Counted from the stretch's first letter, positions 7,548 to 15,342 are shown. The stretch: DNA of 15,342 nucleotides from an uncultured bacterium (GCA_963977445.1 CAXBPH010000165.1:1-15342); one strand, 5' to 3'. Program-made: numbers and translations. The notes: generated by a model not told the origin, from the sequence alone.

Positions 7548-8221
7548 TGCTGAGGAACCCTGAGCATATACCCTGCTCCACGTATCGTATGAATGATCGA
7601 GGGGCGTCCAGATTGGTCTATTTTCTTACGAAGAATACACATGGCACTATCCACTACGTTACTCATCGGTTCGGCCCGCTCATCGTAAATATGCTGCTCT
7701 ATTTCCGTTCGGGAAACGACCTGCCCCGAGCGTAGCGCCAGTAACTCGAGTAGTGCAAATTCGCGGGGCCTTAGTTCCAATTCTTCACCCTGCCGCATCA
7801 CGGTCTGGCTTGCCATATCAATGCTCAAGTCTCCGAAGGACATGCGCTGATGCTTAATTCCATAGCTTCTCCTGACCAGCGCCTGTACCCGCGCCAAAAA
7901 CTCCTCAAAGGCGAACGGTTTGACAAGATAGTCGTCGGCACCCTGCTCAAACCCATAAACGCGCTCGGGAACCGTATCTTTTGCCGTGATTATTAAGACA
8001 TGGGTATCACAACCCTCCGACCGAAGACGTTGCAATACCGAGATGCCGTCCAATTTGGGTAGCATCAAGTCCAGAATTACGACATCATACTCGTTCTCCA
8101 TGGCAGCCCAAAGTCCATGCTCCCCCTCACCGGCCACGTCGACCGCATATCCAACTTGCCGGAGACCCTTGGCCAGGTAGGTCTGTAGACGTTTAGAATC
8201 CTCAATCAGCAAGATGCGCAT
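7544..8221 (-). CDS. OmpR/PhoB-family response regulator
   Basis: MRILLIED, ILDLMLP, ITAKD, GADDYLVKPF and the winged-helix end IHTIRGAGY. ATG 8239 is an alternative start. Confidence 0.96.
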   Translation of the reverse strand: MRILLIEDSKRLQTYLAKGLRQVGYAVDVAGEGEHGLWAAMENEYDVVILDLMLPKLDGISVLQRLRSEGCDTHVLIITAKDTVPERVYGFEQGADDYLVKPFAFEEFLARVQALVRRSYGIKHQRMSFGDLSIDMASQTVMRQGEELELRPREFALLELLALRSGQVVSRTEIEQHIYDERAEPMSNVVDSAMCILRKKIDQSGRPSIIHTIRGAGYMLRVPQQ

Positions 8222-8259
8222 CGCACAATCATTCCTCATTCCTCATTCGATAGGCGCGA

Positions 8260-8288
8260 AGGGGCTCGGGTCTGGAGCCCGAGCCCCT
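8260..8288 (-). terminator. GC-rich hairpin between the PepSY gene and the regulator (attenuator, terminator or stabiliser)
   Basis: Perfect 11-bp stem AGGGGCTCGGG/CCCGAGCCCCT with a 7-nt loop and no long U-tract. Confidence 0.5.
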
Positions 8289-8320
8289 CAATTTAAATCG
8301 CGCGCTGCTCTTCGAAACGA

Positions 8321-9031
8321 CTACTCTTCGTCTGCTTCTTCATCCTCAAGCACATGTCCATTGGCAAGAATTTTCACCTCACGGACTTCGCCATTAACTT
8401 TCAACTCTAATTCGTAGAAGCTGATTTCCACAAATTCGGCCCCGCCGACTGCTGCGTTCGGGAACCGGCTCGCAAGAGCCGCCAACACATCGGGTGGGAG
8501 GCTTTCGTGGGCAATCTGGTGCTCTGATTCAATGATCTCGCCCTTGTCCGTAAGTTTTATCTCATGTATGGCACCTTTTGCGCCATAGGCTGCCTCGTAG
8601 AGCACATAGCCGTCCTCGGCTTCTTTAGTTAGCCCCGTTGGCTTCACACCACCAAGTGCATCGCCGATGGTTTTTTGAACCGACGTGGGCAGCTGTTCCC
8701 ATGTTACGGATTGTTCTTCGACATTATCCCCTTCATCGTCATCGTCGTCACCCGAAGCACCGAGGTATTCACCCGTGCTTGACACCCGAAACTCTGATTT
8801 CTTGCCGTCTAGCTTAACCTGAACTTCATAGACCAGTTGGCCTCGCTCGTTCGAGCGCTCTATTTCCGTTAATTTTCCCGCTCCAACGTACTTTTCGATG
8901 GTCGTACGCACCCCGTCGGGCACTTCCTGGAGGGACACATCCTTGCCTGCAAAGGCGTTTGATGCACCCATTGCGGCTACGAAGATGGCAAGAGGTATTG
9001 TCGAAATTAGTATCCAATGTAATTTTTTCAT
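8321..9031 (-). CDS. Exported PepSY-like repeat protein, 236 aa
   Basis: Signal peptide followed by repeats such as VSLQEVPDGVR…VYEV…G…EFRVSSTGEYL, VTWEQLPTSVQ…LYEA…EIKLTDKGEII and ESLPPDV…FYEL…EVKILANGHVL. AAGGAG RBS and the usual PepSY-RR-HK context. Confidence 0.85.
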   Translation of the reverse strand: MKKLHWILISTIPLAIFVAAMGASNAFAGKDVSLQEVPDGVRTTIEKYVGAGKLTEIERSNERGQLVYEVQVKLDGKKSEFRVSSTGEYLGASGDDDDDEGDNVEEQSVTWEQLPTSVQKTIGDALGGVKPTGLTKEAEDGYVLYEAAYGAKGAIHEIKLTDKGEIIESEHQIAHESLPPDVLAALASRFPNAAVGGAEFVEISFYELELKVNGEVREVKILANGHVLEDEEADEE

Positions 9032-9451
9032 TTCAAGTTCTCCTTTATTTTTTGACCTGGGAGCACCTCATCAGTGCTCCTGTAAGGACGTTGAGAATAA
9101 CCCGCTAACTTGGCGTGTCCTGCACCAACGATACGACGCTCACGGCCTCCTGGCGGTTTCACGACGTGCCCGAAGATAGGACTTTCTTCCGACGTCGCTT
9201 TCCAAATGTCTACAGAAAGAGGGTCCCTCTTTCTACGTGGCGAGGGCCTGGTATCTGCTATCCCTGTGCCAGTAAGAGAAGTTTGGCATAGTACATATTA
9301 CCGCAAGATTACCGTGGAACACCCGGCTCCACCATGCTGAATCCGGGGTTTCAGACGAAAACGCCAATGAACCGATGCGATATCCCTGGAGAACACATAG
9401 TTGCGGTGTTCTAATGTGAGGATCTGGATTTATGAGTGGCAAATTGGGGGC

Positions 9452-10023
9452 GCCCCCTTGTTGGACCGACAGCACTTCCCCTGCTCCACGGGGACATGCC
9501 GCCGCCCTGTAGCGTGCGGTGTATACCTCGGCATCTGCCACGAGCGACTGCGTGCACTTCGCTACCACGCCATATCCGGGGCGGCGGGACGTCCCGGGAC
9601 GGACCCGCGCTCCACCCATTCGGACTTGTGGCGGTTCCGTTCGTGGCAAGCAAGTTTGCGTGGGCAGGGAAAGGTTCCCAAGGGCGTGGGCCTGTCCCCG
9701 TTGGTGTTTTCGAGGGCCCCCTTGTTGGACCGACAGCACTTCCCCTGCTCCACGGGGACACGCCGCCGCCCTGTGGCGTGCGGTGTATACCTCGGCATCT
9801 GCCACGGGCGCCGCAGTGCACTTCGCTACCACGCCATATCCGGGGCGGCGGGACGTCCCGGGACGGACCCGCGCTCCACCCATTCGGACTTGTGGCGGTT
9901 CCGTTCGTGGCAAGCAAGTTTGCGTGGGCAGGGAAAGGTTCCCAAGGGCGTGGGCCTGTCCCCGTTGGTGTTTTCGAGGGCCCCCTTGTTGGACCGACAG
10001 CACTTCCCCTGCTCCACGGGGAC
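9452..10023. repeat. Tandem mosaic palindromic repeat, 264-bp unit x2 plus 44 bp (BIME/REPIN-like)
   Basis: GCCCCCTTGTTGGACCGACAGCAC starts at 9452, 9716 and 9980. The two full units differ at about 7 positions. Each unit has two modules of about 104 bp with inverted ends plus a linker of about 54 bp. Confidence 0.95.
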
Positions 10024-10031
10024 GTGTAGTC

Positions 10032-10412
10032 ATGAACCCCGTGCTATTGGATGTTTTTCGTTGGACATTCGCCCTATTGATGATGCTCTACTATATCGTT
10101 ACTATAATTATTAACAGCGATAAGTACTGGATAAGAACTAAGCGATGACATTCTCCTCTACCTCCTGTTGTCGGATCTATGGCCCTTTTTTTGGCGTTCT
10201 ATGTACTTCAAATTTCGATGCCATTTCTAGTAAGGCTTTTCCTGCTCTCGGTTGATGTGGGCATGTACAGCTTGACCGTAATTGACGAAGACGGAATGCC
10301 CGCGCTTTACGCGGTTGGTACACAGAACTACACGGAGAGCGAAATAGAATGGCGCGACGAAATCGACGCAAAGATGACGCCTTGCTTAACGACTTGTTTG
10401 CAGCGTTGTTAG
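10032..10412 (+). pseudogene. Possible small membrane-protein gene interrupted by one in-frame TGA (10146-10148)
   Basis: One frame reads MNPVLLDVFRWTFALLMMLYYIVTIIINSDKYWIRTKR*HSPLPPVVGSMALFLAFYVLQISMPFLVRLFLLSVDVG…, hydrophobic on both sides of the stop. No clear RBS. Confidence 0.35.
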
Positions 10413-11194
10413 TGCTACCCTGGTGGGGCGGCCCATTGTTCGCAGGAATCGCGTACCTGCTTTTCGCCGTGGTGCTTCCCTCCCTTCTCACGGCCGCCGC
10501 CGCCGCTTCTCCTGTTGCTGCCGTAGCGAGCGACGTTTTCTCCAGCGTTTCGGTAGGTACCGCGCCGTGGGTATCACTCCTTATTCTCTTCATGGGCGTC
10601 GTTGCACTGGTAAAACGACAAGTGAATCGCCAATTGTTTGACGCAGAGACGGGCGCGGAAAACTTTCGGAACTTGAGCTGGAGTGACTTCGAGCGGTTGC
10701 TGGCGGAAGCTTACCGTCGTAAAAACTATCAGGTAGAACACGTCGGGGGGAACGGGCCGGATGGCGGCGTTGACCTGCGCCTTCATCGGGGAGGCGCTAC
10801 CACACTCGTGCAATGCAAACACTGGCGAGATCGGAAGGTCGGCGTAAAAGTAGTCCGGGAACTGATGGGGGTGGTGACGAGCCAAGGCGCAGATAGTGGC
10901 ATTGTGGTTACATCCGGCGCCTTCACCCGAGAGGCCGAAGACTTTGCCAATACATGCGCCATTCGCCTTGTCGATGGTTCTGTGCTTTCGGAATTAATTC
11001 GTGAAGTCCAAGCAAACTCAAACACACGCACCACGCCACCTGCTGTCGTGCTGGCCCCACCTACGCCACTGTGTCCACAGTGCCGGTGTGTGATGGTCTT
11101 GCGAACGGCGCGGAAAGGGGCGAACGCTGGCAGTCGTTTCTGGGGCTGCTCCAACTTTCCCCGGTGCAAAGGAATTGTGAACATTGAGGTATAG
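10349..11194 (+). CDS. Mrr-family (Mrr_cat) restriction endonuclease-domain protein with N-terminal TM helices and a C-terminal topoisomerase-type C4 zinc finger
   Basis: LSWSDFERLLAEAY, GPDGGVDL, VQCKHW, VVTSGAFTREA and IRLVDG motifs. C-terminal CPQC…RTARKG…FWGCSNFPRC. Two hydrophobic segments at the N-terminus. Confidence 0.92.
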   Translation: MARRNRRKDDALLNDLFAALLVLPWWGGPLFAGIAYLLFAVVLPSLLTAAAAASPVAAVASDVFSSVSVGTAPWVSLLILFMGVVALVKRQVNRQLFDAETGAENFRNLSWSDFERLLAEAYRRKNYQVEHVGGNGPDGGVDLRLHRGGATTLVQCKHWRDRKVGVKVVRELMGVVTSQGADSGIVVTSGAFTREAEDFANTCAIRLVDGSVLSELIREVQANSNTRTTPPAVVLAPPTPLCPQCRCVMVLRTARKGANAGSRFWGCSNFPRCKGIVNIEV

Positions 11195-11324
11195 GCCATG
11201 AGCGTTCCTGGAATAAATTTTGGACAAAGAGGTTACTGTTTTGGTTGAATAAATGGATCTTGGATGGGGATGTGGTGCTGCTACGGTAGCGCTGCTGTTA
11301 TTTAGTCTGTTGGGAGGGAGCTTG

Positions 11325-12062
11325 ATGATAATCGTGGCGTGTCCGCGGTGCAATACCGATCTACGGGTTCCTGAGAAGTATGCGGGCCAGTTTGGGACGT
11401 GCAAGAAATGCGGTGAGCGGCTCCATGTTCCCGTTTCCGATTTGGGGGAAGAAGAAAACTGGAGCGAGCAACCACCCGTCCCAATTCTTCCGACAGACAC
11501 ACCGACGGGGATTCCCCTCTCGGTCCAGCCACCCGCTGTTTCACCCGTGGTCTATCCAGCCCTGGTCGAAACAAGCCGATTCAAAGAGGAAGTCGAAGTA
11601 CCTGTTCGCTACTACCGCAGGCGTCCAAAGCAACAGGATAGAGACGATATGGACAAACGATTCCTCTTGGGCATCGCTGGTTCCATTGCGCTGTGTATGG
11701 GCGTTTTTGCACCCTTGTTCAGTGCCCCTTTGGTAGGTTCCCGGAATTTGTTTGCCAACAGTCAGGAGGTGGGAGGCATTGTCCTCTTGATTGGGGTTAC
11801 TTCGCTGGGCATCGTACTTGTAAAGAAATACGAGACGTTGTGGCTCACCGGCCTCGGTGGCTTGGCGATGACGCTCCGAGAATTTCTTAAGTTTTACCAT
11901 GATAAGGATCAGTTCAAATCGGAGACGCAAGACGACCCTTTCCTTGCCGATATGGCAAGTGCGATGGCGGATATCGTCCAAATCGAGTGGGGTTGGGCGG
12001 TGCTATTGGTTGGTTCCATTTTACTGCTTGCTAGTGCGACGATCCATGACGAGAGAACGTAA
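11325..12062 (+). CDS. Zinc-ribbon, Pro-rich linker, multi-TM membrane protein, 245 aa
   Basis: CPRC…CKKCG at the N-terminus, a Pro-rich linker and about four hydrophobic helices ending IEWGWAVLLVGSILLL. GGAGGGAG precedes ATG 11325. Confidence 0.8.
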   Translation: MIIVACPRCNTDLRVPEKYAGQFGTCKKCGERLHVPVSDLGEEENWSEQPPVPILPTDTPTGIPLSVQPPAVSPVVYPALVETSRFKEEVEVPVRYYRRRPKQQDRDDMDKRFLLGIAGSIALCMGVFAPLFSAPLVGSRNLFANSQEVGGIVLLIGVTSLGIVLVKKYETLWLTGLGGLAMTLREFLKFYHDKDQFKSETQDDPFLADMASAMADIVQIEWGWAVLLVGSILLLASATIHDERT

Positions 12063-12090
12063 GCCCTCCCCAGGGGATAGAGCTGAATCA

Positions 12091-12283
12091 GGCGGCGGGA
12101 CGTCCCGGGACGGACCCGCGCTCCACCGATTCGGAATTGTGGCGGTTGCGTTCGTGGTAAGCAGGTTTACGTCGGCAGGAAAAGATACTTCGGGGCGTGG
12201 GCCTGTCCCCGTCGGTGTTTTCGAGGGCCCGCTTGTTGGACCGACAGCACTTCCCCTGCTCCACGGGGACATGCCGCCGCCCT
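12091..12283. repeat. Partial, diverged copy of the 264-bp mosaic unit
   Basis: Starts GGCGGCGGGACGTCCCGGGACGGACCCGCGCTCCACC and ends GGGGACATGCCGCCGCCCT, collinear with about 9580-9772. Confidence 0.92.
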
Positions 12284-12422
12284 TGTGTCCGGTCTTTACT
12301 ACAAGGCGAGAAGATCGGCGTCTTTTTGCTGAAACTTTACCGGGTCTCTGCCCGGAATCCGCCCTAGTCGGTCAAAATGCTATTCGGGAAGACGATAGAC
12401 AACGTTTGCTGAAAGGAAAATT

Positions 12423-12809
12423 ATGTTAATCCAATTATCTACGAACAAGACGGTACAAGACGCAGCGGCGGCGCTGGAAAGCGCCGTTCAGAAGAATCAC
12501 TTTGGCGTAATGCATATCCACAATCTCAAAGAGACGATGGATAAGAAAGGCGTCGATTTTGACCACGAGTGCCTTATTTTTGAGGTGTGTCAACCGCAAC
12601 AGGCTAAAAAGGTGCTCGATCAAAACATGAGCATTTCCACCGCATTGCCATGCCGTATTTCAGTGTATGAAGAGGGCGGAAAGACTCGGCTGGCCACATT
12701 GAAGCCAACGGCCCTGCTGGGAATGTTTAACGTGCCGGAGCTTGAAGTGGTCGCTCAGGAAGTGGAGGACACGATCGTCAAGATTATGAAGGAAGCGGCG
12801 TCCGCGTAA
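12423..12809 (+). CDS. DUF302 domain protein, 128 aa
   Basis: FGVMHIHNLKETMDKKG, IFEVCQPQQA and ALPCRISVYE motifs, with an AAAGGA RBS. Confidence 0.9.
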   Translation: MLIQLSTNKTVQDAAAALESAVQKNHFGVMHIHNLKETMDKKGVDFDHECLIFEVCQPQQAKKVLDQNMSISTALPCRISVYEEGGKTRLATLKPTALLGMFNVPELEVVAQEVEDTIVKIMKEAASA

Positions 12810-12811
12810 TT

Positions 12812-12966
12812 GGGACCCGTGGTGCTGGCCCATGGGCCAGCGCCACCGTCCCTGCTCCACGGGGACATGCCGCCGCCCTGTAGCCTGCGGTGTATACCGA
12901 AGTGTCTGACACGGGCAACCGAACACACTTCGCCAGCACGACGTGCCTGCAGCAGCGATTCGTCCC
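12812..12966. repeat. Hairpin plus a diverged module of the same mosaic repeat, between convergent genes
   Basis: Hairpin GGTGCTGGCCC-AT-GGGCCAGCGCC, then CCCTGCTCCACGGGGACATGCCGCCGCCCTGTAGC…CGTCCC, collinear with 9479-9595. Confidence 0.85.
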
Positions 12967-13967
12967 TACAAAATTCGGCTTCGCCGGAAATACCAGAGGA
13001 GCATGCCGATGAGCCCAATCATGAAAATGCAGAGCACCCAGAACCCATGCTCAAAGTGAATACCGGGGATGACATCAAAGTTCATTCCGAATATACCGGT
13101 GAGAAAACTCAGGGGAAGCATGACCGTAGCGATAATACTCATGAGCTTCATCACTTCGTTCATGCGGTTGGAAATCTGCGACATGTAGGAGTCCATCAGA
13201 CCGCCGGCCAATTCCCTGTAGGACTCAATCCCGTCGCTGATGCGCATGACGTGGTCGAGCACATCCCGCAGGAGGGTCTGGGTCTCCGGCTTAATCTGGG
13301 CGAATGACCCATAGACCAATTCGCGGACGGCATCCCGTGTGGGGCCGATGGATCGCTTCAGGTAGGCGCAGCGCCGTTTTTCGCGAAAGATGGATTCCTG
13401 CACCGACCGATCATCGGTCTTAAAAACTTTGTGTTCGATTTCGTCGAAGTGATCTTCCATCTCATCGAGGATATCGAGGTACCGATTGACCACGCCATCG
13501 AGGAGTCGGTAGTAGAGATGATCCGTGCCCAGCGTCAGCCAGGCTCCCCGGCGTTTCAGGGCCTGGCTTACCCTCCGGGTGGTCTTGAGGGGCTTTGAAT
13601 GGGTACTGACGACATAATCGGCGGTGAGGAAAATATTGAGGTTAATGGTTTTGAGGGCGTCCTCACCGGGGTTCAGATTGACCGCGCCCAGCACGGTAAA
13701 CAGGACGTCATCGTAGGATTCCTGTTTGGGCCGCACGTCGTCGTTGAGCACGTCGATGAGGGACAGGTCGTGAAAGCCGAAGGTATCCGCCAGCCATTCC
13801 GTGTCGGCCTCCGTCGGTGCCTCAATGTCGATCCACATGCGGGCACCATCCGCCAAGAGCTGGGGCACTTCTTCCCGCTCAGCATGACTTAGTTTCTTAT
13901 CGCCAGACCGCAAGACGAAACAAGTCCAGACCGACGTTATTTCTTCGACCTCGGGAGCTTCAGGCAT
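12966..13967 (-). CDS. corA: CorA-family Mg2+/Co2+ transporter, 333 aa
   Basis: WIDI, FGFHDLS, RPKQE, SNRMNEVMK and the PLSFLTGIFGMNF signature, with two C-terminal TM helices. Confidence 0.95.
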   Translation of the reverse strand: MPEAPEVEEITSVWTCFVLRSGDKKLSHAEREEVPQLLADGARMWIDIEAPTEADTEWLADTFGFHDLSLIDVLNDDVRPKQESYDDVLFTVLGAVNLNPGEDALKTINLNIFLTADYVVSTHSKPLKTTRRVSQALKRRGAWLTLGTDHLYYRLLDGVVNRYLDILDEMEDHFDEIEHKVFKTDDRSVQESIFREKRRCAYLKRSIGPTRDAVRELVYGSFAQIKPETQTLLRDVLDHVMRISDGIESYRELAGGLMDSYMSQISNRMNEVMKLMSIIATVMLPLSFLTGIFGMNFDVIPGIHFEHGFWVLCIFMIGLIGMLLWYFRRSRIL

Positions 13968-14075
13968 ATACGAATTCCTTTCCGAGACGTCGCGCCAAAT
14001 TTATCCCCGTGGGAAAAGGCTGATGAAAACAACGTCTTCGCTTCGCTTCAGTGTAACACCCCGGTGGTTGCGGCG

Positions 14076-14180
14076 GGGACAGTATCGCCCCAAGCCCGCT
14101 CAGGTCACACGCAAATGGCCATGTGTCCAACAATGCCACTACTGCAGACAAAGGACACACCGACGGGCATGACTGTACCC
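14076..14180. repeat. REPIN/MITE-like module, family C copy 1
   Basis: GGGACAGTATCGCCC…GGGCATGACTGTACCC; aligns with 14962-15065 and 15199-15300. Confidence 0.85.
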
Positions 14181-14277
14181 AAAAGCGCTCTACGCTGACG
14201 CCGAAAAAAGGAAGGCATGCAACTTTTTGCGCTCATGGAGCATAAAGTCTTCAGGCACTCGAACGAGGGAGAGACAG

Positions 14278-14952
14278 ATGATGAACTATCGACAATACGG
14301 GCTGAATCGTATCACGAAGCTCTGGCCCCTGATTTTGCTTGCAATCGTGATCCCGGTGGTTGAGGCGGAGACGGTCGACGAACTTTCCTGGGGCAATAAT
14401 CCGGAATTGACTTCCCCCGAGCCAGATAGCAAGGGCCGTGGGGGCTCGTGGTGGTGGCCCGCAGTAGAGAAGAGCGACAATGCCGCCTTGGGCAATCGAG
14501 GCAAGGTATTCAGCCGATGGGACAAGTCCGAACCGGAGACGCCGGTCATCATCAGCTGTCCTGGGCCGCCGACTCCGCCAGACCAACCCGCCCAAATTAT
14601 CACGTGTTACGCCCTTGTATTGAACAACATACTCTTCACTTTCGACGGCACAGAGTTGCGGCCCGAGGCCAAAGCCGAACTCTCGAAAGTGAGTGCCGAG
14701 ATGAAAAAGTATCCAAAGGACACCGTTCTTTGTGTCGGTCACACCGACGATGTGGGCCCGGAAGACTACAACAAGCATTTGGGATACCGTCGTGCCCAGG
14801 CGGCCGTGGATTATTTAATTTCCCAGGGCATTGCGGCGGGTCGACTTACCGCCAAGAGTATGGGCGAGAAGGAACCAGCCGTGCCCAATGATTCCAGAAT
14901 GAATCGTGCTCTCAATCGACGTGTCGTCTTTGAATTCACCGTGGTGAACTGA
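14278..14952 (+). CDS. OmpA C-terminal (peptidoglycan-binding) domain protein, exported
   Basis: ILFTFD, VGHTDDVG…YNKHLG.RRA and RALNRRV motifs, with a hydrophobic signal-like N-terminus. GAGGGAG precedes ATG 14278. Confidence 0.92.
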   Translation: MMNYRQYGLNRITKLWPLILLAIVIPVVEAETVDELSWGNNPELTSPEPDSKGRGGSWWWPAVEKSDNAALGNRGKVFSRWDKSEPETPVIISCPGPPTPPDQPAQIITCYALVLNNILFTFDGTELRPEAKAELSKVSAEMKKYPKDTVLCVGHTDDVGPEDYNKHLGYRRAQAAVDYLISQGIAAGRLTAKSMGEKEPAVPNDSRMNRALNRRVVFEFTVVN

Positions 14953-14961
14953 CGCACCACG

Positions 14962-15300
14962 AGGACAGTATCGCCATGGCCTTCGCGGGTCACACGAAAG
15001 CGACCACGGAGCCAACAACGTCGCTACCGCATACAAAGGTCTCACCGACGGGCGTGACTGTACCCAAAAGCACCCAAAGCAGTCGTCATCGGGTACAGGC
15101 ACGCGATACAAATTGCCTGCGCAAAAGAAAAATCATCTCTATCCTGACGAAACAAAGAAATCACACCAACACCATGCACGAGCCTGTCCCCAGCGCGGGG
15201 GACAGTATCGCCCCAGCCCCTCGTGAGTCACGCGAAAGGGTCTACATGGCCAAGAATACCGCTGCCGTAAACAAAGGACTCACCGATGGGCGTGACTGTT
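14962..15300. repeat. Cluster of three palindromic-ended modules (14962-15065, 15091-15190, 15199-15300)
   Basis: The first and third are family C (GGACAGTATCGCC…CACCGA.GGGCGTGACTGT). The middle one has ends GGGTACAGGC…GCCTGTCCC. Confidence 0.85.
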
Positions 15301-15342
15301 AGCATGCATAGATGCGTGTTGGTTTGAAGGAGGTAGAATGAT

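Noticed and set aside
8230..8248. Short CATTCCT tandem upstream of the response regulator as a phase-variable repeat
   Set aside because: Fewer than three full copies; it is explained by alternative RBS/ATG positions.
9452..10023. CRISPR array
   Set aside because: The sequences between recurring motifs are long and near-identical rather than unique 30-40 bp spacers, and no cas genes are present.
9233..10148. Long overlapping ORFs (168-266 aa) on both strands
   Set aside because: The 264-bp unit is GC-rich and divisible by 3, so several frames stay open; the products are repetitive with no recognisable domain or RBS.
10146..10148. TGA recoding (alternative genetic code or selenocysteine)
   Set aside because: Well-supported genes here (kinase, regulator, OmpA) end at TGA, and there is no redox-motif context.
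11253..11324. Upstream start giving a signal-like leader on the zinc-ribbon protein
   Set aside because: A stronger RBS precedes ATG 11325, and zinc ribbons of this type normally begin at the N-terminus.
11899..13307. ORFs 11899..12429, 12021..12272, 12660..12926, 12755..13018 and 12810..13307
   Set aside because: They are translations of repeat copies or shadows of DUF302 and corA.
14976..15302. 108-aa ORF downstream of the OmpA gene
   Set aside because: It lies entirely within the three repeat modules and has no recognisable domain.

Overview
Bacterial chromosomal window read with the standard genetic code. Bases 1-4266 are the right end of a tRNA-targeting integrative element. It carries, on the minus strand, a tyrosine integrase, a 227-aa protein with a possible C-terminal HTH, an AlpA/excisionase-like gene and an orphan SMI1/KNR4 gene, and it ends in a 50-bp 3' fragment of a CAT-anticodon tRNA (att site). 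Inside the element the excisionase and SMI1 genes each sit between the same 47-bp upstream block and the same downstream hairpin, a duplicated expression cassette holding different genes. The rest of the window contains a PepSY / OmpR-type regulator / histidine kinase / exported protein cluster, a membrane-anchored Mrr-family nuclease, a zinc-ribbon membrane protein, a DUF302 protein, corA and an OmpA-domain protein. Intergenic spaces hold about a dozen REP/REPIN-like modules of 100-105 bp with GGGAC...GTCCC-type inverted ends. One mosaic array (264-bp unit) stays in register from 9452 to 12966 and is interrupted twice by gene blocks within the same module. All family calls are by-eye motif recognition; no database searches were run.
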